Below, in pieces: positions 20,256 to 29,904 of a stretch of 64,000 nt of DNA. Made by a program: the position numbers and the translations under genes. The DNA comes from Candidatus Aminicenantes bacterium (GTDB taxonomy: Bacteria; Acidobacteriota; Aminicenantia; UBA2199). Within the stretch, counting starts at the first letter, position 1, and each line of letters starts with the position of its first letter. The notes below the pieces were generated by a model that saw nothing but the letters and a program-made list of their open reading frames with translations, did no database searches and was not told the DNA's origin. The stretch is from assembly GCA_963822075.1 (NCBI GenBank), contig CAWGGP010000001.1, forward strand, positions 298,916-362,915. The letters run 5' to 3'.

Positions 20256-20588
20256 ATGAAAGTCGTTTATATCTTCGAATCGGCGAACAGCGCATTGCTC
20301 CTGGAGCGCATGATCATCCCCCAGCTTGGCAAGGGCGAGCATGGCGCGGAGGTCGTGGGCATGTTTTTCCTGGCGGAGACCGTTTTCTTCTTTCTGCCCG
20401 AGCACCCGGTCGGCGAGGCGCTGACCGCCCTGGCCGCGAAGCTGAATTTTTTCATCGTTTGCTGCGATTTCTGCTGCGAACAGAGAAAGATCAGCGGCCG
20501 GCTCTATCCGGGCGCCCGGGAAGGATGCTTCCCCGACCTCTACCGCCTGGCGGCCGAGCGCGGCGCCGAACAGGTGATCACGCTCTGA
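20256..20588 (+). CDS. DsrE-family protein resembling SaoD
   Basis: MKVVYIF...MIIPQL..GEHGAEVVGMFF...CCDFCC...GCFPDLY...QVITL; true start lies inside ORF 19704..20588. Confidence 0.8.
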   Translation: MKVVYIFESANSALLLERMIIPQLGKGEHGAEVVGMFFLAETVFFFLPEHPVGEALTALAAKLNFFIVCCDFCCEQRKISGRLYPGAREGCFPDLYRLAAERGAEQVITL

Positions 20589-20593
20589 AAGAG

Positions 20594-21507
20594 ATGGCGC
20601 TTTCATGCTCTGGCTGTATCCGGGAATGCCCTCCCGGCACATCGTTCTGCGGCCGCAGGGACGGCGCCGGGCGGCTCGCGGACAAGGGCGGTTTTTGCGC
20701 CGCCGCGGTCGACCGGCTTTTTGACAAACCCGTCTTTTATTTCGGGTATGACATCCCGATCCTGTCCCTTGGGTCGTGGGGCTGCAATTTCCGCTGCCGG
20801 GGCTGCCAGAATGCGTCCCTGTCCTGGACGACCACCGGGGAGGGCTTGCCCAAGCTCACCCTCGACCCCGGGGCGATCATCCAATCGCCGCCGTGAACCA
20901 TTGCCGGGGAGTGGCTTTCACCTACAATGAGCCGGCCGTTTATCTCGAGGCCCTGGAGGAGATCGCGGCCTGCTGCCGGGCCGCAGGCCTGGTCACCGTC
21001 CTGGTCACGAACAGCACGCTGACCCGCGCGGCGACCCGGCGCATCGCCCCGTTGATCGACGTGGTGGCGGCCGACATCAAGAGTTTCGCCGACGGGTTCT
21101 ACCGGGATTACTGCGGCGCCGGGGCGATCCTCGACGCCGCGGCCAAGGTGCGGGAGTGCATACGGGAATTTCATGGGGCCGGCTGCCACGTGGAGATCCG
21201 GACAAATGTCATTCCCGGCGCCAACGATGGGGATGGGAACCTGGCCGCGATCGCCGGCTGGATCCATGAGCGGCTTGGCTCAACTACGCCCTGGCACGTG
21301 ACGCGGTTTTTTCCGGCTCATGAACTTCAGGGGCGCGCCTGGACGCCGACCCAGGTCTTGCTGCGCGCCCAGCGGATCGGCATCGCGTCCGGGCTCAAGC
21401 ACGTGCATGCCCATTATTCCAAGGGCTGTGACTGCGCCGGGGAAACCGCGATGATCCGGCTGGACGGGAACGGGGAGCCCAGGATGGCGAAACCGTGTTG
21501 CGGGTGA
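20594..21507 (+). CDS. AmrS-like (AmmeMemoRadiSam / PFL-activase-like) radical SAM enzyme (frameshift near 20885)
   Basis: N-terminal CxxCxxxC...FC, KP motif, GCNFRCRGCQN, FTYNEP, DIK, EIRTNVIPG.ND, WHVTRFFP. Confidence 0.85.
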
Positions 21508-21523
21508 GGACCGCCTTGCCAAG

Positions 21524-23095
21524 ATGAAGCCCCAATGGTCTACCGAGCGTCTGTTTCCCCTGTGGCTCTGGGAAAGGTTCCTGAACCGCCCGCCCCGCTC
21601 CGTCTCCTCCAGGATCGCCTTCATGCGGCGCATGGACCCCGGGCTTCTGGAATCCATCGGTCGCCGCAAAGCCTTGATGCTTTTTCAGCGGGCCGCGCGC
21701 TCCGTCCCCGCCTACGAGGATTTCTTGAGAGAACGCGGCGTCGATCCCCGCCGGGTCCGCACGGAGGAGGATTTTGCAGCGCTCGTTCCATCGACGACCA
21801 AGGAAAACTATGTGCAACGGTACCCTTTGGCCGCCAGGTGCATCGCCGGCCGGCTGCCGGATTCCGGGACCCTGGATGAAAGCGCCGGGACGTGTTCTTC
21901 GCCGACCAACTGGGCCCATTCGGCGGCGGAAGAGGATTATTATTCCGGAATCAACCGGCTGTCGATCCCGTATCTGTTCAACCTGCACCTTGAGCCGCTG
22001 CCGGTCGTGTTCATCAATGGTTATGCGTTGGGCGCCTGGGCGGGAGGGCAACGATTTGCCAGTCGCATGGCGGCGCTGGGGCTGGTCAAAAACACGGGAC
22101 CTGACGTGAAAAAAATCTCGTGCCTGCTTCGGGAGATCGGGGCCGGTTTCCGCTATATCATAGCCGGCTATCCCCCATTCCTGAAGGATCTCGTTGACTA
22201 CCTGGCATCCTGCCCCGGATTCGCCTGGGGCGACCGGCGCATCGATTTTCTTACGGGCGGCGAGGGCTTTTCCGAAGCGTGGCGCGATTACATCCGCTCG
22301 CGGTTGGGAGAAAAGGGAAGCATTTATTCGATCTATGGCGCCATTGATCTGGATGTCGGCATCGCCATGGAAACGCCGCTGACCATCGCGCTCAAGCGGT
22401 TGCTGAACGACGATCGCGGCTTGCGGGTGTCCCTCCTGGGCACGGATCGCGTCCCGTGTTATGTCGGCCAGTACTCCCCTGCCAATTTTCTTATAAAACA
22501 GGTTCACGGCGGTGACGAAAAGGGGGAGATCGAGATAACGGTTTTGAACCCGCGCACCGCGTCACCCAAAATCCGCTACAATATCCGCGACGAGGGCGGG
22601 GTCGTCCCCTTTGCGGACCTGGCGGGTCTCCTGGCGGAGCTTGGCCGCCCATTCGCCAGCCTGGTCGCCGGAACCCCCAACCCGCCCATTGCCCCGCTCC
22701 CTTTTATTTACCTGTTCGGGCGCTCGGACGGAACGGTTTTTTTCAATGGCGCGATGATCTCCCCGCTCGATATCGAGAAGGTATTCTATGCCCGGCCGGC
22801 ATTGATGTCGCGGTTGAATGGATTCAAAATCGGGGTTGAAACGGATGATGGGCCAGCCGTGCGGCTCGTCATCCATCTCGAAATGCGGGAGGGTATCCCC
22901 GCGGACGAGAAAATGCGCATGCAAGTTGAAGGGGCGATCATTGCCGAGCTCCGGGAGTCCAATGAGTGCTTGCGCCACGTCCTGGATCGCGACCCAGGCC
23001 GCGCATGCCCCCGCTTCGTATTCTCGCCTTTCAAGACCGGCGTTTTTTCCCTGGGGGATCCGTCATTGAAGCGCCGGTACATCTTGAACTCATAA
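21524..23095 (+). CDS. PaaK/F390-synthetase-like adenylate-forming enzyme
   Basis: DESAGTCSSP loop, GYPPF, GGEG, YG.ID, RYNIRD and FGRSD motifs. Confidence 0.85.
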   Translation: MKPQWSTERLFPLWLWERFLNRPPRSVSSRIAFMRRMDPGLLESIGRRKALMLFQRAARSVPAYEDFLRERGVDPRRVRTEEDFAALVPSTTKENYVQRYPLAARCIAGRLPDSGTLDESAGTCSSPTNWAHSAAEEDYYSGINRLSIPYLFNLHLEPLPVVFINGYALGAWAGGQRFASRMAALGLVKNTGPDVKKISCLLREIGAGFRYIIAGYPPFLKDLVDYLASCPGFAWGDRRIDFLTGGEGFSEAWRDYIRSRLGEKGSIYSIYGAIDLDVGIAMETPLTIALKRLLNDDRGLRVSLLGTDRVPCYVGQYSPANFLIKQVHGGDEKGEIEITVLNPRTASPKIRYNIRDEGGVVPFADLAGLLAELGRPFASLVAGTPNPPIAPLPFIYLFGRSDGTVFFNGAMISPLDIEKVFYARPALMSRLNGFKIGVETDDGPAVRLVIHLEMREGIPADEKMRMQVEGAIIAELRESNECLRHVLDRDPGRACPRFVFSPFKTGVFSLGDPSLKRRYILNS

Positions 23096-23173
23096 GCGCT
23101 CGCAAGCCAGGGATCGCGACAGGTCGGCGCTGGCGGCGCTGGTTCGTCGCCGCCGGCGCCGGTTTGCGGAACT

Positions 23174-23731
23174 TTACAGGTTGAACGTGTAGCCGATGCC
23201 GGCCGCCAGGCGCAGGCCGCCCAGGTCCACCTCGTCGAGCAGCGGCTTGACCTTCAGCGGCACGTACTTGATCTCGGCGGCCAGGAACAGTCCCTTGACC
23301 GGGTAAAAGCGGGCGCCGCCGGCCAGGGTCAGCGTCGCCTTGCTATCGTCGATCTTGGTCTGGCCGCTGACAACCTGTTTATAGGAGTAATTTCCCAGGC
23401 CCAGCTTCACGTAGGGCGAGACCTTGCCCAGGTCGAAGCGGTAGCCGGCGAAGAACTCCAGCCCGCTGACCTTGAGGCTCGTCTCCTCCTGGAAAAGGCC
23501 GATCTTGCCGTCGCGGTCGTAGCCGCCCTCGTAGCCAATGCCGGCGAAAGCTCCTTTCCAGAACCCGACCGACACATAAGGAAAATACGCCGTTCCGTTG
23601 CCATAGACCTCTTTGATCTGGGCGTCCTTGACCGAACGGCTGCCGAACATCAGGCCGGCGTCCAGGTCGATCGCCTGCAAGCCAACGGCGAGCAGGCCGA
23701 TCAATATGATGAATATAAGAGTTTTCTTCAT
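23174..23731 (-). CDS. Small outer-membrane beta-barrel protein (OmpA/OmpW-like, about 8 strands)
   Basis: Signal peptide, alternating beta-strands, C-terminal AGIGYTFNL. Confidence 0.8.
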   Translation of the reverse strand: MKKTLIFIILIGLLAVGLQAIDLDAGLMFGSRSVKDAQIKEVYGNGTAYFPYVSVGFWKGAFAGIGYEGGYDRDGKIGLFQEETSLKVSGLEFFAGYRFDLGKVSPYVKLGLGNYSYKQVVSGQTKIDDSKATLTLAGGARFYPVKGLFLAAEIKYVPLKVKPLLDEVDLGGLRLAAGIGYTFNL

Positions 23732-23743
23732 GGGCGGGCTCCT

Positions 23744-25924
23744 TTAGTTGCCGACCACGACCGGGGCGCTTTCCATGCCGCGGCTGTTGACGGTGGTGAT
23801 GCGATAGGTGAACAGCTGCGCTTGGGCGAGGCCCTTGTCGTCATAGCCGGTGGCGGTGGGGGCCAATGAGGCCAGGAGGGAGTAGCTGTCGTCGCCGGCG
23901 CCCTTGACCTTGCGATAGACCTTGATGGCCGTGATGGTGGACTTGTTCTCGGGGTTGGCCGTCCAGGTCAGGCGGTTGACGTATTCCTTGAAGAAGATGA
24001 AGTCGTTTTCCAGGCGCTGCAGCAAGGCGCCGGAGGGAGGCAGTGCCGGGGCGAAGCGGGCGATCACCGACGCCGTGGCCATCCTGCTGTTGAAAGAGCC
24101 GTCATTGACCACCAGCCCCACCTGGTAGGTGCCCTCGATATCGGGGTCGGGGGCGAGGACCGCGGTCTGGCCCGAAGGAGTAAATGTCGGCGCGGCACCG
24201 GAGGGGGTGGAGACCAGGCTCCACTTGTAGGTCAGGGGAGAATTTTCCGGGTCATGGGAACCGCTGCCGTCAAAGGTCACGGTTTCGCCGGCATCCACGA
24301 GCACCTCGGAGCGGTCGGCGGCAATGACCGCCACCGGAGGTTTGTTGGGCAGGGCCTTGGGAAAGGCGATGCCAGTGGGCACGACCCACTCGATCCAATC
24401 GTTCGGGTTGTTCGGGTCCGGGGGCAGCGGCGCGTCCGGCCAATTCCGCGCGGGGTCGGGGTAATGGCTGGGGGTGCCGATCGACTTGACATGGCGCATG
24501 CTGCGGATATCGATGACGTCGATGATCGGGCTGGCCCCGGAAAGGGTGGGGTTGGTCACGTAAAGGAAATTACCGTCCGGGGTGATGGCCAGGGTGTCGA
24601 CGCCGAAGAACTGGCTGGTGCCGCGCCAGCTCGGCGTGTGGATGGTGCCGGTGTGTTTGCCCTGCCCGGCTCCCGTGATCGAGATCACCTGGATCTCCTG
24701 CGTCCTCAGCCAACCTGTCGTAGAATTATATCTTTCAACATCATTAAACGTCTCGTAAAAGGCCTTTTTGCCGTCGGGGGAGAAGACGATCGACTGGCCG
24801 CCGGCGACTTTCCATGGGAAGACGATGTCGGGATGGCGCACGATGTGGCCCGGGTAGTCGATGGTGAACATGGGGATGTTGCAGCCCTCGAAAAACGCAT
24901 CCGGGTCCGCGTCATTGGGATTGGAGGTGCTGCTGACGGCATTGGCGGCCATGACGGTGCGGCCGTCGGGAGAGATGGAGACGTTGATCGGGCGATACAT
25001 GAAAGGAAACGCCGCATTTTCGTCGGTGCCGTACTTCCAAACCTGGACCGACTGCTGGTAGGTGAGGCCGCCGGTCAGGGGATCGAGCAGGCAGACATGG
25101 AGGAAGCCGCCAAAATAATCGGGCAGGATCACGGTGCGGCCATCGGGGGCGATCTCCACCGCGTTGGCGTATCCCAAGAGGTCGTCATTCGGATCATTGG
25201 GATCCCCCTCGTCGACGACCATTCTCCAGCTGTAGGGTTTGTGCGTTATCGGATCCACTCCGGCGGGGACCCAGGTGCGGGTGGGGATATGGAGCACGGC
25301 GATGCGTGACTGAAAGCCGCCGTCGGTCACGATGGCCCAGGTGTCGGTGGGATCGATGGCGATGTCCTCGGCGAAGAAATCGATCTTGGCCATGCCGCTG
25401 ACCACCGGCGCGCCCGAGCCCAGGTCGACGAAGAAGACCTTGCTGTCGCCGAAGTTGGAGATCAGCGCCTGGCTGCCGTCGCTGGTCATGGCCACGTCGA
25501 AGCGGCCGCCGCCCTCGCTACCGAGTTGGCCGCCGAGCGGTTGCTCGGTTTCGGGGTCGATCGTGGTGTAGTCGAACTCATTCAGCAGGACCGGCGAGAT
25601 GGTATGGTTGCGGGGGTTGACCAGGGCGACGCCGTTGGTGTTGCTGTATGTCACCAGGCCGGTCATGCCGATGTCGGCCGTCATGGGGACCGGTTTGTAC
25701 GGAGGCGGGACGGGCGGGGGGTCGACAACGGCTTTGAGCCCATCCGGCCGGCCGCCATTGTCGGGGCTGCCCTTGAGTTGGGCGGTTTCCTTGAAGTTCT
25801 GTTGCTTCTTCTGCTGCGGAGCGGCGGCAAAAGCCACTGATGCCCCCAGCCACAGAATGGAGAGCGTGAACAGGATACTCGTGGCCAATGGCCCGAGCCG
25901 CGCAGTCCTTTTATCATTTGACAT
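23744..25924 (-). CDS. Secreted beta-propeller protein with PKD and C-terminal FN3-like domains
   Basis: Signal peptide; repeated (T/S)PDG blades; NKPPVA...FDGSGSHDPE...YKW PKD; LTW...YRK...YDD...YRIT.VN FN3; GGAGG SD before 25924. Confidence 0.8.
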   Translation of the reverse strand: MSNDKRTARLGPLATSILFTLSILWLGASVAFAAAPQQKKQQNFKETAQLKGSPDNGGRPDGLKAVVDPPPVPPPYKPVPMTADIGMTGLVTYSNTNGVALVNPRNHTISPVLLNEFDYTTIDPETEQPLGGQLGSEGGGRFDVAMTSDGSQALISNFGDSKVFFVDLGSGAPVVSGMAKIDFFAEDIAIDPTDTWAIVTDGGFQSRIAVLHIPTRTWVPAGVDPITHKPYSWRMVVDEGDPNDPNDDLLGYANAVEIAPDGRTVILPDYFGGFLHVCLLDPLTGGLTYQQSVQVWKYGTDENAAFPFMYRPINVSISPDGRTVMAANAVSSTSNPNDADPDAFFEGCNIPMFTIDYPGHIVRHPDIVFPWKVAGGQSIVFSPDGKKAFYETFNDVERYNSTTGWLRTQEIQVISITGAGQGKHTGTIHTPSWRGTSQFFGVDTLAITPDGNFLYVTNPTLSGASPIIDVIDIRSMRHVKSIGTPSHYPDPARNWPDAPLPPDPNNPNDWIEWVVPTGIAFPKALPNKPPVAVIAADRSEVLVDAGETVTFDGSGSHDPENSPLTYKWSLVSTPSGAAPTFTPSGQTAVLAPDPDIEGTYQVGLVVNDGSFNSRMATASVIARFAPALPPSGALLQRLENDFIFFKEYVNRLTWTANPENKSTITAIKVYRKVKGAGDDSYSLLASLAPTATGYDDKGLAQAQLFTYRITTVNSRGMESAPVVVGN

Positions 25925-26104
25925 TAAATCCTCCATTTGGATGCCGCCGAACATTCCCGCTTCGGCAGAAGTTGAATCATAATATAATATTCAATAAAAG
26001 CAACAAGAAAATGAAGATCGCTGTTTTTTCTGCTGGGCGGGAGGGGATTGAAAAAAGACGCCGGGTTGGTATGATGGATTTTCGACTCGGCCGAAGGAGG
26101 TCCC

Positions 26105-27620
26105 ATGGCACGAAGAGGCAGGCACGCCGCAAGCAGGTCCTTATTTATTTTTCTGGCCTTATTCGTCGCCCTGGCGGCGGGGTGGGCGAAGACGACCAGC
26201 GAGCGTGACGACAAGATCCGGAACGGCTGGAAGGACATCACCGAGACGGCCTTGATGGATACCGTCCGCGAGCTGTGCGCGGAAAATTATGCCGGCCGGC
26301 TGACCGGGACGAAAGGGTATGACGAAGCCGCCGAGTGGCTGGCCGCGCGCCTGGCCGGCTGGGGGCTCGCTGCCGGCGGGGGACAACGGCACTTACTTCC
26401 AGGAATTCCCCGACCCCTATACCTTGGTACTTCCCGGGGCGGAATCTCGCTGCTGCCGCCGGCGGGGGATGGGTAGCAGCCCGAAGAAATCCTATGAGAG
26501 CGAGAAGGACTTTTTCGCGGGTTCGACCTCGGGCAGCGGCGAGGTGAGCGCCGAGGTGATTTATGTCGGCTACGGCATCAGTGCCCCGGAGCTTGGTTTT
26601 GACGAATACGCCGGGATGGACGTCAAGGGCAAGATCGTGCTGATGGAGGTCGAGGTGCCGGTCGACCCGGGCAAGCAGCCGGCCTTGTTCGCCAAGTGGC
26701 GCCCCTATTCCTTCCACCAGTACAAGATGAAAAATGCCCGCGCCCACGGCGCCGCGGGGGTGCTCTACAATTATCCCATCGTCAATCCCAACTGCGCCTA
26801 TATCGCCGGCCTGCTTTGGACGGCGGTCGGGGAGAAGGTGGTCGGCGATATCTTCCCGGGCGGCGGCAGGGAGCATGCCCGCGTGGTCAGGGCGATCAGG
26901 AAAAAGCTCCGGCCGCGATCGTTCGCCACCGGCAGGACCGTCACGATGAAAAACGTCACCGAGCACCACGGCGAAGGCGTCGGTAGGAACGTGATCGCCT
27001 ATCTCCCCGGAAGCGACCCGGCGCTGAAGATGGAGACCGTGATCCTCGCCGCCCACCTCGACCACCTGGGGCTAAACCCGTCGCTCATGCCCGGCGCCAA
27101 CGACAACGCCTCCGGGGTGGCGGTGGCCATGGCCGTCGCCCGCGCGCTCGCCGCGTTCGAGCTTCGCCCGCAACGGACCGTGGCCTTCCTCTTTTTCGGG
27201 GCCGAGGAGCAGGGCGTTCTGGGATCGGAATTCTATTTGCTGCATGTGCCCGCGCCCCTGAAAAAAGCCAAGGCCGTGATCAACCTCGACGGGGTGGGGC
27301 GGGGCAAAAAGATCTACGCCCTGGCGGCGAAGAATTATCCATCACTATGGAAATTTTTCGCCCAGGCCAACCGCGCGCTGGTGAAGGCCGATGTCGGCAG
27401 GGAATATTTTCATAACCGGGCCCGGCCCCGCCTCGACGCCGCCCGCTTCATGTGGGCCGGCATCCCCACGGTCTCCTTTTCCGCCGGCGGCGCCCCGGAG
27501 CTGCCCTATCCCACCTACCATACCCGCCGCGACGCCCCGGATATCCTCACCCCGGCGATCATGGTCGGGCTGGGAAAGCTGATCTTTGCCGCCGTCGCCG
27601 ACCTGGCGGGGTGCCGCTAG
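26105..27620 (+). CDS. M28 family peptidase with PA domain (apparent indels near 26370-26470)
   Basis: GRLTGTKG, AHLDHLG, PGANDNASG, GAEEQG, NLDGVG and YHT..D motifs. Confidence 0.88.
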
Positions 27621-27706
27621 TATCCGTAAAAAGCCCGGGGGCGCGCCTTTTTTATTTCGCCGCCTTCTTGTATAATAGTTCCTTATCTTTATCTTTAGGA
27701 GAATCC

Positions 27707-29896
27707 ATTATTTTGCTCTCATACAAGGTGAAAGTCAGCCGCAAGATCTTCGTTTCCGCCGACACCGGTTTCGGCGTGTTCCGCGTCACCGTGGACGGCT
27801 CGCGCGAGAGCCGGGTCATCGTCGGCAGCCTTTTTTCCCTGAGCGAGGGCGATTTCCTGCGCATCGAGGGCGAGGAGTCCGAGCACCCGCGCTTCGGCAC
27901 CCAGATCAAGGTCAGCCGCTTCGAGTTCATCAAGCCCGAGGACGGCGAGGGCATCGCGCGCTACCTCTCCTCCGGGCGCTTCAAGGGCATCGGTAAAAAA
28001 ACTGCCCAGAAGATCGTCGACCGCTTCGGCCAGGATACGTTCGAAATTTTGGAGAACTCCCCCGAACGGCTGCGCGAGGTCGCGGGCTTAAGCCGAAAGG
28101 TCATCGAGACCGTCCAGCAGAGCGTGCGCGACAGCCGGGCCCTGCGCGACCTGACCGTGCGCCTCACCCCGTTCGGCGTCGGCCAGGAGATCGTTTACCG
28201 CATCTACCGCGAATTCGGCGACCTGGCGCCGGCGCTGGTGGAGAGCAACCCCTTCCTGCTGATCGAGCGCGTGCGCGGCGTGGGCTTCAAGGTCGCCGAC
28301 ACCATCGCCCGCGCCGGCGGCATGGAGAAGGCGGACCCGCAGCGCATCCGCGCCGGCATTTTTTTCATCCTGGAGCAGGGCGAGTTCCAGCGCGGCGACC
28401 TGTACATCGCCCGCGACGATCTCCTGAAAAAATGCTCCTGGCTGCTGGACGTCGAGGACAGCGACGTGTTCGCGGTCCTGGAAAAGCTGCTCGAGCGCGG
28501 CGAGCTGCGCAGCGCCGCCACCCCGGAAATCTGCATCCTCAAGCCCCAGAACGAGCTCATCGAAAAGAACGCGGCCCAGCGCCTTTTCCGGCTGGCCCAG
28601 GAGCCGTTCGCGCCGCAGGAGCTGGCGGTCAATTTCGAGGCGGTCTTCGAAAAGCTCTCCCTGGAGCTCACCCCCGAGCAGAAGCAGGCGGCGCTCGCCG
28701 CCGTCAGGAACCGGCTGACCATCATCACCGGCGGCCCGGGCACGGGCAAGACCACCATCATCCGCGCCATCATCGAGATCCTCAAGGCCAACCAGCGCTC
28801 GATCCTGATCGCCGCCCCCACCGGCAGGGCGGCCAAGCGCATCGAGGAGAGCTCGCTCTACCAGGCCTCGACCATCCACCGCCTGCTGAAGTTCAACCCC
28901 GAGACCGGCCAGTTCGTGCACAACGCCCAGAACCCCCTCAAAACCGACGCCATCATCGTCGACGAGTTCTCCATGGTCGACTCGTTCATCCTGTTCGCGC
29001 TGCTGCAGGCGCTGGACGACCACACCCAGCTGATCGTCATCGGCGACAAGGACCAGCTGCCGTCGGTGGGCCCGGGCAACGTCCTGCGCGACATGATCCA
29101 GAGCGGTTACTTCCATACCATTTACCTGAACCGCAACTTCCGCCAGAACCGGGACAGCCTGATCGTGGAGAACGCCTTCCGCGTCAACAGCGGCGAGGCG
29201 CTGCTCTTCCCACCCCCCGACCCGCAGGCGGACTTCGTGTTCCTGCCGGTGCGCGAGGAGGCGCAGGTGCTGGAGAAGGTGGAGCGCATCGTCCGCTATT
29301 ACCAGGACGACTACCCGTTCAACTCCCCGGCGCTGCAGGTCCTGGTGCCCATGTACCGCGGCGCGTCGGGGATCGACCAGATCAACCAGATGGTCCAGTC
29401 GACGTTCAACCCCGAGCCGTTCCTGCTGAAAAGGGAGAAGATGGCGTTCAAGCGCCTGGACAAGGTCATGCAGACCAAGAACGACTACGACAAGGGGGTC
29501 TTCAACGGCGACCTGGGGGTGGTGGAGGACTACAACGCAAGCGACAAGCTGCTGCTGGTCAACTACGACGGCTGGATCGTCGAGTACGCCGCCGACGAAC
29601 TCGACGAACTGACCCTCTCCTACGCGGTGTCGGTCCACAAGTCGCAGGGGTCGGAATACGACGTCGTGGTCCTGTGCCTGCTGCCCGCCCACGCGCGCAT
29701 GCTCAGCCGCGAGCTTTTCTACACGGCCATCACCCGGGCGCGGAAGAAGCTGATCCTGCTCTCGGACGAGGCGACCGTGGCCCGCGCCTGCGCCAATTCG
29801 CAGCCGGTCTTGCGCAAGACCCTGCTGCCGCTGCGCCTGCGCGAGGCGTTCGAGGCGCCGTCTTCCCAGCCAGGACCTTCAGGGCCTGTGGTATAA
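27707..29896 (+). CDS. recD2: RecD2 (TraA-like) SF1 helicase
   Basis: HPRFG, KGIG HhH, TGGPGTGKTT, APTGRAA, DEFSM, GDKDQLPSVGPG, HKSQGSEY, YTAITRA; start codon uncertain (ATT 27707 or TTG 27713). Confidence 0.93.
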   Translation: MILLSYKVKVSRKIFVSADTGFGVFRVTVDGSRESRVIVGSLFSLSEGDFLRIEGEESEHPRFGTQIKVSRFEFIKPEDGEGIARYLSSGRFKGIGKKTAQKIVDRFGQDTFEILENSPERLREVAGLSRKVIETVQQSVRDSRALRDLTVRLTPFGVGQEIVYRIYREFGDLAPALVESNPFLLIERVRGVGFKVADTIARAGGMEKADPQRIRAGIFFILEQGEFQRGDLYIARDDLLKKCSWLLDVEDSDVFAVLEKLLERGELRSAATPEICILKPQNELIEKNAAQRLFRLAQEPFAPQELAVNFEAVFEKLSLELTPEQKQAALAAVRNRLTIITGGPGTGKTTIIRAIIEILKANQRSILIAAPTGRAAKRIEESSLYQASTIHRLLKFNPETGQFVHNAQNPLKTDAIIVDEFSMVDSFILFALLQALDDHTQLIVIGDKDQLPSVGPGNVLRDMIQSGYFHTIYLNRNFRQNRDSLIVENAFRVNSGEALLFPPPDPQADFVFLPVREEAQVLEKVERIVRYYQDDYPFNSPALQVLVPMYRGASGIDQINQMVQSTFNPEPFLLKREKMAFKRLDKVMQTKNDYDKGVFNGDLGVVEDYNASDKLLLVNYDGWIVEYAADELDELTLSYAVSVHKSQGSEYDVVVLCLLPAHARMLSRELFYTAITRARKKLILLSDEATVARACANSQPVLRKTLLPLRLREAFEAPSSQPGPSGPVV

Positions 29897-29904
29897 TCGC
29901 TGCC

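Noticed and set aside
21495-21540. Selenocysteine readthrough at the PCCG-TGA end of the AmrS-like gene
   Set aside because: The next gene starts 16 nt later, the readthrough frame looks non-coding, and I see no convincing SECIS hairpin.
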